This document shows positions 50,441-63,830 of a stretch of 64,000 bases of DNA, piece after piece (position 1 is the first letter of the stretch; each line of letters starts with the position of its first letter). The position numbers and the translations under genes were made by a program. Under the pieces are notes generated by a model, which saw only the letters and a list, made by a program, of their open reading frames with translations, was not told the origin of the DNA and searched no databases. This DNA comes from Sphyrna mokarran (taxonomy: Eukaryota), in assembly GCA_024679065.1 (NCBI GenBank), contig JAGIQG010000003.1, positions 60,822,001 through 60,886,000 on the forward strand. Reading direction: 5' to 3'.

Positions 50441-52616
50441 TACATTTGTGAGGTTGAGCCCCTAATTGACTGCATCCATTTCCCAGAAAAGAGTTATGCT
50501 CAGGTACTATCTGAAGGGCCTCCAGTTCCACTCCACTGAGTGAAATTAGGTTGTTGTTTGTTGCTCGATAGACATCCCCATTGCAATTGACTGGTGATTA
50601 AAATGAATCCATCTCTCAACACCTTACAACATTTGTCCTACATACAAAAAACAGAGCAGGAAGAAGCACAAAATATTGGTAGTATCCCTGCCTCAACTTT
50701 AAAATTTCTCATCCTTGTTTTCAAATCTGTCCATAGCTCTTCACTCCCTTAAAACTGAGGAGGCCTGTTTGGGTGAGATTTAATCTCCCAAAAGATTCCT
50801 ATACTGCCCTTACTCATATATGCGTCATTGGATAACATACTACCTAACAGAGATGGAACATGAAATAGTCATCCCATTAAAAGTTCTGGATAACATCCTA
50901 ATCATTATGACACTAGTTGAGTTGGTGGAAACCTGATAATCCTCAGATGGTTACCTTAAAGGAGGACTGTCACCAAGCTGATCTTGAAAGAACTACTACA
51001 GGCTGCACTGTTAAACCCTCTTGCAGGGAGCATTATTTGTTTTTATAATAGCCTTCTTGTTTCCTTGTGGTAGTTTCCACCCTTTTGCCCTTATAGAATT
51101 TCAGGCACAGAGACTACAATCTGACCTGAGATCTGTAGGTTCAATAAAGAAAATCCAATTTTTTGCTTGGGAAAGGTTGCAAACATTTACTTAGGCCCAG
51201 TTACTGGCTACAAAGAAAAACCATGTCTCGATTGGTCACCACGTATAAATGCAGCCTAACTTCTCGGTCAATTTTTGGGTAAAATTCTGCATTATATTTG
51301 AAAATTATGATTTGCGTTCCTTATTTTAAAAGGTTGCATTTGTGCTGCAACACTAGGGGAAGAGCATTTTCACATGCAACAGCACCGTCAGTGCCTGGGA
51401 CATCACTGACATTGACATTCTGAGCAGTTGCCTGCAGTAAAGCAAAGACAGGCAAGAAAATCCATTCATATTTTGGTGTTCCAACGGCCCCTCCTCCCCC
51501 TCCTGCCCCTCCCCATCTTCTGCCTCCTTGCTCCCCATCTTGCTCAGCCCTGCAATATTTTGCTACATTTTCTCACTTGTTACATTTTCGTACTGCCCTT
51601 CAATGCCCCCTCTTGCCTTCCACTCCCTCCTGTTTCCACTGCATAACCTCTCTTTACTTTGCTTCCCTCGATAAAATGGAAGATTTGATCATTATTAATT
51701 TGGAAAGATTAAAAGATTTCTTTTAGTTACTTGGCTTTTAAGAAATATCACTACCACAGGTTGTTTTTAATATTATCCTTAATCTTGGTTGCTTATCTCA
51801 TAGACCATAGCTCAGAGATTCATATACAAATCTTGGTGACATCACAAAAGGAGTCTTGGTTACCATTCTGTCTCCATCAATAATCAATGGCTGTTTTCTC
51901 TTATTATTGATCTGCCAAATAGACATAGTTACTTTCAATGAGTTCATCTGCAGGACAAACACAATGGATATTTGATCAAAGACTAGTTTCTTAGCGGTAA
52001 CTTTGGCCCTTGTAAATAATCAAGCAGAAAGGTAAGATTAGTTGATCGAATGTCCAATTATGAAGTCTTCAAATACTGGGAGCAAGATACATTTTCCCTA
52101 AGGAAAAATGTGCATGTTTAAAGGATAATTTGATATTTGAATTGAAGTAGAATGCTCTTGAACACAAACAAATAATTGCTTTGCTGAATGGAACAGCCAT
52201 ATAGAAAGAATATGGAAGAGTACAAAAACCAATGCTTGTTAAATGAGTAAATTTAACATATAAACAATCTGGTGTTAAGATGTAGAGGGAATGTTTCATT
52301 CGTGCAAGATACCTATTCCCCATTGGTAAGTTGTAAACATACCAATGGGGAATGTACTTACAATTTCACCACCCATTGATTGCAAAATTCAACCATGCAG
52401 CACTTTACCTGACCTAGTGCTCCTATGCATTGCAACCAAGTAATTATGTACCATGACAGGTTGAAGGCTGTTGATTTTGTTGGGAGAGAGGGCAGATGTT
52501 CTCTTGCAGAAGGCCAGGCTTTGGACACCACTATCTTGTCATTACCAGCAACTGTCGGGCAACAAAAAAGGGCACAAGCCAAGTGGCAGTGGTTGGCACG
52601 TGAATGCTGTCATCTT

Positions 52617-52947
52617 CATAGAATCATAGAAACCCTACAGTACAGAAAGAGGCCATTGAGCCCATGGAGTCTACACTGACCATGATCCCACTCTTGCCCC
52701 ACCTCATATCCCCACACATTTTACCCACTAATACCTTTAACCTCAGCATCACAGGACACTAAGGGACAATTTTAAGCATGGCCAATCAACCTAACCAGCA
52801 CCTCTTTGGACTGTGGGAGGAAACCGGAGCACCCAGAGGAAACCCATGCAGACATGAGGAGAATGTGCAAACTCCACACAGACAGTGACCTAAACCGAGA
52901 ATCAAACCCAGGTTTGGAGCTGTGAAACAGCAGTGCTACCGTGCCAC
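52617..52947 (-). mobile_element. HE1/V-SINE-like SINE, full length
   Basis: catagaatcatagaaaccctacagtacagaaagaggccatt (reverse tail) and gcatggccaatcaacctaaccagcacctctttggactgtgggaggaaacc (reverse V-domain). Confidence 0.9.
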
Positions 52948-55900
52948 CTGTTGTCTTGAAAGACAGTGTTCCAGCTAAACAGAACCACTTACAGTCTCCA
53001 AAGCAATGTCTCAGCAACCTTAGTCATCTGCTGGAACACTGATTGCTGAACTGTTATGAGAGTCTGCATGTGACATTGAGCACTTCGGGCATCAGTATCC
53101 CATGGCAGATATCTGAACCTGATAGCAGCAAGCATGGATCTTTAACCTGTCTGAGCTCTCACTGTGACACTGAAATGCTTGCTGGCTTCTACCTGTGCTG
53201 CAAATTGAAGTGTTGGCCACTAGAAACTGCATTACAGTTGGATCTGGAAGTGCTTTCATGGAGTTGGCTGCTACCTCGGTGCTTGAAAGGCTGGTCTCCA
53301 AGCTCTGTTTGAAACTCTGTGTCATGTTACAGCCAAATTCCACTGTGGCTCTTGATATCAATAAGTGGTTCTGTGGCAGGGCTGCTAATGCATCCAGCTG
53401 CTTATTCATATAGTTTAAATTTCTGGGTGGTTTGTTTGAATTTGTATGTCACTTGACATTTCCAAAACAGTTTTTGACCTGCTGTCAATGACTATCTGCC
53501 TTACTTCACCAGTTAAATGGAATGATTGCTTTTGAATAAACAAAGATAATGCTGTTTTGTTTTGTCCTGGGACTTGCCCTTTAATATCAGATATTGCTTT
53601 TACAATTTTCAAGATATGTGCTTGGACTAAATTTAAATGTTTAATTACAGTCTCCCTGGTAAAAGAATGAAAAGATTACTAAATTCAAGTATTGGCAGCC
53701 AATGTGATTGATTTAGTTATGGATATGATAATGCTATGATTTTTTTGAATTAAGTGTGTTATGGTCCTCGGCCAGACCGCAAGCTGACAGGTATGCTCAG
53801 TTAGGGTCAAATAATGTTATATTTAAAGTGGACAAATTTTGAGACACAAAATACTGACTAAGTGAATAAAGCCATAAAATTTCACAGGTTTGGAACTTTA
53901 CAATACCAATTCAGAAAAGAATACACCTTACAATATCTATCTTATATTCAGAGATTCAGGTTAATTTTGATGTACATATGAATTAATCAGTGAACTGTTG
54001 GCAAACTCTTCATATTACATAACAAATACCTGATGTGACCAAACCCAATTCCATGGATTTCTGTATAACCCATGTAAATGCCTCATTGTGTGCAAACCAA
54101 TCTCACTGAAACTTTGACTTTCTCACAAGGGTTTCCAATCACCGCCTTGGAATTCTCTTCAAAGTTCTCTCCCACTTGGATGGTTTTGACAGTGACTCAT
54201 CTCTCAGAGTTTCTATCTCACCTTCTAAGATTCTTTCCCTTGGATTTCCAAAGATGCTCAAACATCTTTTTGCAAGCTCAATTTCAGAACTTTGGCTATA
54301 AGAAGCAGAATACCACTACCTCAAAGGGGTTTCTCCGTCTGAATGGAAGAATTTAGTCACCATCCTTTGGCTATCCGGGCTTTCTTTGTGCTCCACTTTG
54401 TCTAAATTCTTCTCCTACAGCTTTTTTTTAATTTTGTAGGTTTTTTTCTCTGCTCCTTTAGTTTCAAATTTCTGCCCCTGTCTTTTTCCCTTAGCTAAGA
54501 TTTCCCTTTGGCTCCTATCCCCATCTCCCTCCCTGGTTTGATACCTCTCTCTGTCTTTGTTCTGTGCCTCTCTCCCTTGAATACTCATTCAGCAATGGCA
54601 TTCCGTACGAAGTAATTGGACCTGCATCTTACACACTTTTCTCCTTTCTCCCTCTTGCATAGGCATCTTGGTCTGAAAAAAAGTAAACTACCCAGACTAT
54701 GCACACAGGGCCACTTCCTGCCGATGCATGCTTGAAAGTCCTAAGAGATTTGGGGATCTAGAGTTCCTGAATTACGAACTCAACAAGATAAGTTTCAATA
54801 GGTTTCATCACAAGGTGCAGCTATGCATTTGTAAATCGCCTTGGCAAAATCTCAAATGGCATAGATAAAAAGGAGCAAACAGGAATTTTTGAGTCAAAAA
54901 GATTAATTTCATTTTAGGAGGTTGAATAGCTGGCACTCCCAGCTCATAAAAAATATAAGAAGAATGGAAGCAAAGCATGCAGAAGTTGTTTATAGAAGAA
55001 GACTTCAATATAAACATGGCAATCTTTCCTTTTCAAGGAAATGGATAATAGAATTTCCAGTGTAAATAAAGGTAAAAGGTAATTGCTAATTCATTTCATT
55101 ATTTGCTTAATAGTTATACAATGTTAGAGCAAAAATTGCAATTCTATGATCAGAACAGAAAATGTTTAAAAAGCCCCAGCAAATCAAGTTAACAACAAAA
55201 CTAATGTAAGCATTTAGTTCAGCACTTAATAATAACAAGGTTAGCTAGCATGAAAGAAATTCTGAGAGGACTTCAGAAAAAGGTTAAAGAAGTGATTTTG
55301 TATTTGTAAGAGAATTCTCTGTTGTATGCAAATGTACAAATGGTGTATGCAAATGTAACATTGGAATTTGAGGAAAATAGGTAAGGATTTTGAAATGTGG
55401 GACCACACAAGGATGTTGGTGAGAATGTGAAGAACTTTGAGCATAACAAACACCACCTAGCATGAAAGATTCACATTTCACTAGGACTGTTAGTTTAATC
55501 CATCTGATCACGCTTCCTGTGCATGTCCTACTGTTCCCTGATTCTGAAACAGGACCTGGATATCATGGATGGAGTTGGAAAATTTGTGGCTTTAATGGTG
55601 ATGCAGTTGATAAATGTCCATGTGCTTCCCCCATTTCCTTCACCCCACCATTGGCAGCCCAGCCTTTGGATCCCAAGCTCTGGAACTCCTTCCGCAAGTC
55701 TCTCCATCTCTCTTTCCTTCAAGGCCTTCCTTATAACTTAGCTCTTTGATCTCGTGTTTGGTCTAATAGCTGATGTTCAGTCAGCTTCTTTCACTCTCAT
55801 TCATTGTTGCTGCCATGTTGGGTTGTCAACAATTTGCTTCCGTGAGATAGTTTACTGATAGAAATAAGCCACTTGAAGTTGCACAGTAAATCATTGATTT

Positions 55901-56643
55901 TTATTGGTGATAACAAATAGAGAATTGCATTCATAAGACCTTTAAAGCATGAGCATAAAATAGAAATGTACCATAGTGAATTACTACAGAATAATAAATG
56001 TTATGAGAGAGGTTATACTAGATTCATAAATGAGTACTCAGTTGTGAGTAAATTTCAGGAAGCTATCAGTAAGGCTGGCTCTTGGGCTGTTTCTACTTGA
56101 CAAAGTAAAATAAGTATCTCTCTGAAGCAATTGCTATGGATGATTCTTCAGAGTACATTTCTTTCTTAATATTTCTGAAGAAATTGTGGAACTGAAATGG
56201 ACAAATGTGAGCTCATGATATAATCTCCACAAAATGAAAATCAGAATTACAGAGTTAAAAATTTCCCTAAGATAATAAATAAATTACACGTTATCAAAAC
56301 GGATGCCGATATCTTACTTTGGGAAGTAGTAGTAATTAGGAGATGGACCACAATTAATATATTTGAGAAGGACAAAGATAAACGGTGTTGTGCGCAAAAC
56401 CTACCAGCAGAGGAAGGAACTGCACCACCTGATGAGTGAGGAGGAGAACACACTCATTTGATTCTGATGGTTCAATAACTTTTTAAACCTTGCGTGCCAT
56501 TTGCATTATTGAGCATGCCAATTTCCCATGTACTGTACTCATTTTCACCTTTTATCTGCATTCAGTCAAGCTCCATAGGCAAACATTCAATACAAAAGTA
56601 TTATGGTGTCAATTATTTTAAGCAAAGCGAAACATCCTCGTCA

Positions 56644-56852
56644 TTAAACGCAGAGATTTGAAATCGCATCTGATTCTGTTTCCGGGTCTAATGATGTTGA
56701 CGTATCTGTGGTGCTTGTACTTGTAGAGGAGCTAGAGGAAGACATTTGGGGCAGGTTTCCAAAATTGTGTTGATGAGGACATGTTGAAGCTTTTATTGGC
56801 ATTGCTTCACATTTGGAACTCACTGGACACTTGTTGTGCTGTTTGTACCTTC
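56644..56852 (-). CDS. Candidate terminal coding exon of an unidentified minus-strand gene (Ser/Thr-rich tail ...SSSSSSTSTSTTDTSTSLDPETESDAISNLCV*)
   Basis: Acceptor gtgtctttcataaacag| (phase 1) followed by 69 open codons to TAA. Downstream AATAAA on the minus strand at 55900-55905. Upstream exons not identified. Confidence 0.35.
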
Positions 56853-58907
56853 CTGTTTATGAAAGACACAGGCAAAAACATTGATCACAGGTATGAAAGG
56901 AAATTTCCTCACTATTTTTGTTATCTTCTTACCCATTCAAAACAAGATCTTGAGACAGAATATCAGGGATTGTGTTAAACTTCTCGCCATTATACTTCAA
57001 TTTCTTTTCTCAAATTGATTAATTTGCATTCCTAATGTATTTATGATTGTTTGAACCATTTTGCTAACTAATTCCACAACTCTTCTATCCAGTGTGAAAA
57101 AAAGGTTCTTCCTGATTTTCTTTCTTATTCCTACCTTAAAAGTTTGTAATTCCTATATGGCTGTTCAGCATGGCAAAGACTTCAATTGCCCATAAAGCTC
57201 CTTCAAAATGTTGAAAACGTCAATTAGGTTACTTGCAATTCTCCACTTTTTCAAAATACAATAAGCTCAACTTTATCTTTCATCCAAACAAATTCCTTGC
57301 AACTCAGATCACCTTTGTCATTTACCTCTGAATGCTCTTGATAGCAATGATAACGGTCTTATATTTGAAGAACAAAATGACACACGGTACCCTAAGATTG
57401 TGTCTGACTCATATGTTATAATAATAATAGTATGCTGTTTCCACTAAGTAAATGGTAACACTCACTAAAGTAACCAAAAACATACTGCAGCAGACAATGA
57501 TTTGTTGTTTGTGAAGTAAAAGTTCTAACACCACACAAAAAAATACATTTGAGTAGTTTAAAAGAAAACTATTAATTTAAATCATTCCGTTGATGCAAAA
57601 ATTTGACAATATAGGTAAGTACACTTGATCAAAGCTGAATAGTTATTCATTATACATCATGCTAACATCATGCGGGAATTGGTTTTACAGGAAAATGTAT
57701 GATATTTGTGATAGTTATTGGGCATTCTTTGTATGGTGGTTATAAACTGTTGTTCTGGCTAGACTATTTGTCTTCAGCATTGACTTCATTGATAGGATAG
57801 CGTACACAATTTGTGGCTTGATCAACAAGGGTAAAGATCCTGATATAAGTGTGGAGATTAACTGAACTGAATGGATTTGTTTCTCCAGTTTGAAGAATAC
57901 TTTATCTTGTAAAGCCCTATTTTGAAAAGGGGATGGATTAGATTTTTAATAATTGAAATATGTTCATTGGATATGATTGTTAAGTAAGAACCACAAATTA
58001 TGTCCAAATTGTTCTAAATAAAAATGGTTATTAATAATTTATCCTGGTAGATTTTCTTAATTTTTCAGATTGGATCACTTCACGATGAGCTGATCAACCA
58101 TCAAGACAATTGTTAAAGTTAGAAGATTACCTAGGATACCATCCAATTATATCAATTCATTGTACACGAGGTAAAATATAAAGACAGAGTGCACTTGAGT
58201 CTCAGTAAGTGAGAATTAGTTCTAATTAATGTAGTCTAGTATAGCATATAGTTATAAGTATCATATTGCGACAGGAGCCAGGCACAATTTCTTTACAATA
58301 TATATAATGTCTAGAAATATAATGTGTATGATGAGTACATAATATAAGTCAGTGAGTTGTGCTGCTGAGAGAGAGGAAATATAGGAACAGTTGGCCATAC
58401 TCTGCCACATATTAGAACAGGGGAAAAATTCTAGAAAACAAGTTACAAAAAGATGCATGAACATCATAAGTTTTGGCATAACTTACTGGTTACCCTGTTC
58501 AAGAACAATCCTGCCTATGATGTCCTACTTTTTTCATCTAAGAGAAAGAGTTGCATTGATTTGAATTGTTTTAGTTTGGTCAATAAAGGCTTCTTTGGAA
58601 AAAGTGAACTCTTTACCATTAGTCAGAATCATGATCAAAGTCGAAAGCTTCGATTGTTTGAAGTGGATCTTTATCTAATTTTACTATCATCATTTGGATG
58701 ATGATGTATAAAATATCTTACTTTAATTGGCAAGTATTTTTATATTGAACATTTGGATGGAGTTCCAATAACTGTAAATTACGCTATTATTATTAGGTTA
58801 AATTATGGTTACTTTTCAAAATGTGAGCTTAAAGGATACCGGTATTGTGATAACTTTACAAGAAAAAGCTTGGACTTAGGAGAAGAGGATTCTGTTTGAG
58901 AAAGACA

Positions 58908-59066
58908 TCCTTAGTGTCTCTAGATGTGTAGGTTAGGGGGATTAGCGGGGTAAATACTTGGGGTTACGTGAATAGGTACTACATGGGATGCTCTGTCAGA
59001 GCATTGGTGTGGACTCAATGGACCATATGGCCTCCTTGTGCACTGAAGGGATTCTATGAGTCTATG
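58908..59066 (+). mobile_element. 3' half of an HE1-like SINE
   Basis: cttagtgtc..agatgtgtaggttagggggattagcggggtaaata ... tggcctccttgtgcactgaagggattctatga. Confidence 0.8.
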
Positions 59067-59959
59067 ATATTCCCTTGAGTATTTCAAAATAAATGATAGA
59101 GCTTTTATTATTTTGCTGGTTTGCACTTGCAGAATTTCAATTAAGCTAAAAGTTATGATTATGGTCAGCAATTGAGATTGGAACCTAATTTCCTTTGGTC
59201 TTTATATGTTAACCAATATTAAAAATGTTAATGAGATGGCAATGAGTTATGTATTGTAGGAGTCAATGCTTAGACACCTCTCGTTCCTAATCTATATAAA
59301 TAACTATTATTGGAATGACTGAATATACGAGATTTGTAGACAATACTAAAACAGAGAAACAGTTGAAACAGATGATGCAGCTCATGACTTAGTGAAGTAT
59401 TTAGATCTGTTACACAATTGGAACAACAAATGAAATTTAATTTTACTACCAACAAATGTAAGGACATATAATCGCTAAATATTTCTACAATAAATAGTGA
59501 ATAATTAATAGGAACTTGTAAAGATACTTGCAAATAAAAGGCTGCATAGGGTTAATGTTAGATCATAGGTTCCCAAACTAGAGAGAGCATGGGAGGACAT
59601 AACAAAGTTATGTTTGTCTGTGAAGAGGATGCTGCGTATAGTAGCCAGGAAATTCTCCAAACCTACCCCCACTTCACCAGCACTAGTTTTGCCAGTGATA
59701 CAATGGAAACCCAACTGCAACTTCAAGTATCTGGTAAAAGTGCAATATGCCCTGAATCATTTAATCAATTAGTGAGAGAGCTATATATATTGCTTCTTTA
59801 CATTTTTTCAATTGTCAATTTTCTATTCTTCTATGGATTTAGTTTAATTATTGTATTCAACTTCTGTGTCATTGAAGTATGCACATTTCCCACTCATTTA
59901 TTGGCAGTTGTTGGGGGTTTGTATATGGGACAGAAGAGTTCAAGCAGGGATCCAGCAAA

Positions 59960-60525
59960 AGACAAAGTTTGGGAACTTTTGATCCAGATTAGATGAGGGA
60001 GCTAATAGATTGTTGTGATGTACAGCAGGACAATGGAGTACAAACTAATGCTGAAGCTTTTTATGTACTGGTTGAGCTATAACTGGACTATCATATTCAG
60101 CTTTTATTATATCACTCTAAAAGGATTCACAAAATTGGAAATTGTGCAGGGAAAACCAACAAAAATGATCAAGTATAATAGGGAGGAGCTATGAGGAAAG
60201 GTTACGGAAGCTGAGGTACGACAGTCTAGAGAGAAAATTTGAGATAGACTTTATCAAATTGTATAAAGGACAGTTAAGGACATAGGTTTAAGATGATGGG
60301 AAGTAGGTATAGAGGAGATGTCAGGGGTAAGTTTTTCATTCAAAAAGTGGTGGGTGGTGGAGGCGGATTTAATAGGGTCTTTTAAGAGGCTTTTAGGTAA
60401 GTACATGGAACTTTATAAGAGCGTTATAGGTAAGCCTATTAATCTCTAAGGTAGATTCATGTTCAGCTCAACTTTGTGGGCCAAAGGGCCTGTATTGTGC
60501 TGTAGTTTTTCTATGTTTCTATGTT
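59960..60525 (+). mobile_element. CR1-type LINE 3' fragments
   Basis: SYEERLRKL-like remnants, aggggtaagtttttcattcaaaaagtggtg, and tail gggccaaagggcctgtattgtgctgtagtttttctatgtttctatg. Confidence 0.7.
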
Positions 60526-62398
60526 TATCACATTGTGTAAAAGAAGTGAAATTGGCCTTGGCCAGACAGTTGAAAACTGCCATGGTAACAAATCAGCAGG
60601 TGATTCTTCTGTCCACTCCGTGACAAACTCCCTCAAAAGATTAGTTTCCCAGACCCTTTGTCACTTTTACTTGACTTGAAGTTAAAAATCTTGGCAATAT
60701 TTTCCAAGTCAATGGGAGAAGTTAATATCACCACAGAATATTAATATGGAATAATTTGCTTTATAATAAAGTGACAAGGATCAAGGCATTCAATTAAATG
60801 TATGGAAAGTTTTTTGGTGGCACAGAACTTAAACATTGCTGAAAAAGAAACATGTCAAAGATTTACTTTTGTTCCCCCTTATACTGGTTTTCTTGTGAAA
60901 CATCCTGATGAATGCAAGACTTGACATGTCTCATTTTTCAGTAACGCTATATATATGTAAATTAAATGTTACTCTGGGTAGTTTAAGAGATGAATCTCAT
61001 TGGATCCAGTCACAACTTTCTTGTCCATTACTGTCCTTAGATTTTTATAATTACATGCAAGTTATTTTATATTCATGCAACAGCACCATAAAATAAGCCA
61101 AGCCTGCGACAGTTTGAGTGGGTCTAACTCTGGTCATCTCTTACTCAAAATAGAAGGTCAGCACTCCACATGACACAACATGCTGCAATAGGCAACCATG
61201 TGAGCTGAAATTCAGAGATTGGGCTATGCCAGTTGGCAGAGGTGGGAAATGGAAATCAATAGCTTAGTCTAAGGTGATGAAATTTGAGGGAAGAGCTGAA
61301 GTACAAAATACATTTTAAATAATACTTGAAACAAAATTTAGTGGTTTGGGAATTTTTTTAGCCTGATTATTAAATACCAATTCAAAGTTCATAGGAAATC
61401 AGAAAGCAAATAGAATGTTATAATTTACAACAAAGGCTGAGATTTATAATTCAAAAGAAGTGATCTTGAAATTTTGTATGGTCTCAAGAATCTAGAGTGT
61501 TTTGATCTCCATAGTACAGAATGGTTGTAGGATTTTTGTAAGATTGAGAGATGAGCAATGGGGATCTTGATATAAAACTTAAATGTTCAATTATCTCAAA
61601 GAATTGGACCCAAGAATTTTTTCAATATGTGGCATGGCTGAAATTTCACTGTTAAATTTGCAATTTCATGCACACTTTTCCATCATTTATATCAAATAAA
61701 GACACTAAAGTAGATCTTCTGATCAGTTATATGCAACTGACAGATGTAAATCTCTGTTAAGGTTCCCCAGATTAGTGTCATATCCAGCTTTTCAAACAGG
61801 TTTTGGATTAGGATGAAAAGTATCCATCAGTTTGCAGTTAACAAAATTAAAATTATTCCCACTAACTTTGTTTAAAATGCTTAGAAGGTCCTGGCCCTCT
61901 GTGTATAGTTAACTCTAATTTGCCCATTCATTGTAAAATGGCACTCCAAACTGTTTATGGTAGTGCATTTAAAAAGTCACAATAAAATTCATTATAGCAC
62001 TTTGAGATGATTTAATAATTCTTTCTCTTCAGTGTTTGTTTCCTGCCTGTATCCATTTAGCTGATTAGAAAATGACGACAAATGTTATTTTTAGACATTC
62101 ACAATATCTAAACCATGGATTTTCCAGTTAATCTTTACTCCAATTCACAAAGACGTTCTGTCACCTAGCACCCAAACAATTTTCACATTTCCTTTACAAA
62201 TTTAATCTCTGCTAATTTCTGCAAAGAATCTTCGACAAATAATCCTCGTAGATTTCTATAAAGTATCTTGGAAAAATACCTTACAAAATCCAAATAGTAT
62301 CCCTATCTGTATCTTTGGCTTCTCTTTACAAACAATTCCACCAAGCATCTCTTTCATGACTTCCCTTGAGTTCATTTTTACTGGCTGAATTCTCTGGC

Positions 62399-62537
62399 CA
62401 TGATGTAGAGATGTAGAGATGCAATGCAGACCAGAACACCTCATTCGCCTGAAGAAGGCTACAAAGCCGAAAGCTTACAAATTTACTATCAAATAAATTG
62501 GTTGGATTTAAAACTGGTGTTGTCAGACCTCTTACTG
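62399..62537 (+). mobile_element. 139-bp Penelope-derived mini-element with hammerhead core; 13-bp TSD TGAATTCTCTGGC
   Basis: CTGAAGA(62449-62455)-a-ggct acaa agcc-GAAA(62469-62472)-GCTT. TSD at 62386-62398 and 62538-62550. The body matches 24733-24841. Confidence 0.8.
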
Positions 62538-63473
62538 TGAATTCTCTGGCTCCACCAGGGACACACTACCGCTAGAGGTTTCCTGGCGGTGTAGGCTGGC
62601 TTCAATAGAAATTCCCATAGATAGTAGTGGAATCAGTGGATCCAACCACCATTGATTAGTACATCATCTCCCATCACCATGAAACATGATGAGGGGAGAA
62701 TTTTACCTACAGATTCTTTTCAATTTGATTTGAATCTGCAGATGAGATTTTTGTCAATTCGGGGAGCTGAGTGTGCTGTATTTAACTGAAATCTGATTAA
62801 AGCAGTTGTTATTAATGGATTTTATCTATGCCAAGATAGTTCAGCTACTGCAATAAATAAATCCTGCTGAAGGGACACTTTTATGTATTTGAATAAATGT
62901 TGGTGTTGATACTTTCAGGTTAAGAAGCATTTTATCTTTGCTGGCATTGAATTACTATACATGGTTTTTAGACGCTTCTATCTGTATTGTGAATTCAGTC
63001 AATTATTTTGGTAAATACTCCACTACATCCCATGCAGAGGAGGTAGCAGGAGTTGTTTATGAAGTTATCCAAGAAAAAGGCAACACTTTCTTAACATTCA
63101 CTATGCGAAACCTATTTTTGGGCCTTTTATCAAACACCTTCCCATTCTCCTCCCCCGCACCCTCCCCACCGCACCTACCAGTGTCGTAGGGGCTTGGGTG
63201 AATTCTGCCCTTCATATTCAAGCTAAAAAAAATGAGGTCTATCCAAATTAGAAATCCTAAGTTACAAAGAATTTAAAAGAATCCTTGGTGGTATTAATCA
63301 CTGAGGGACACTCTCTGTAACTATGCTATGTGCGTTGACAAACCAATTCATGGAGAGACTACACTGAATCAATGTTTTTGCTCCATTCTTGACTCTTAAA
63401 CACTTTGACTCAAGGAGGGATTTGAGATTAATGTCTTAATGTTATGCATTTCCTTCTTAAATATTGATAAAAA

Positions 63474-63830
63474 TTGAAATTAGTAAAATTTGGCAGGAAA
63501 ATGGTTAAAGTTTCAAATAATATGACCATTCAAGATCTGAATGATTTTGATGACACAAAGTGGGATATTTTTATGCAGGATAAAGACATATATAAGAGAA
63601 TAGATATTATAAATGATGATATCATCTTCTATGAACAGATTTGGGTGAAATTCTTCCATCCTGACACTATGTTTCATGAAGGGGATGGAATTGTGGAGTG
63701 GTTCCCACCACGGTGGCCAGTGGGAAAGCATGCCAAATCTTCAGGCCCTGACCTCAATTAATTATGCAGCTGGCTATTTTGTTCCATATGCCATGACGGA
63801 GCAGGCCTGATGGCACATAAATAGTGGCCC
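63474..63830 (+). pseudogene. Possible degraded parvoviral capsid (VP) fragment (endogenous viral element candidate)
   Basis: INDDIIFYEQIWVKFFHPDTMFH aligns without gaps, by eye, to the parvoviral VP motif (AAV-like [23 protein letters not shown]). After a frameshift, SINYAAGYFV resembles FITQYSTGQV. Similarity is weak. Confidence 0.25.

Noticed and set aside
53757-55156. Possible long solo LTR (TGTTATGG...AACA)
   Set aside because: No TSD or second copy is visible, so it cannot be supported from this window alone.
58069-58170. + strand exon-like segment with good AG/GT sites
   Set aside because: It has stop codons in all three frames and no linked exons; may be chance or non-coding.
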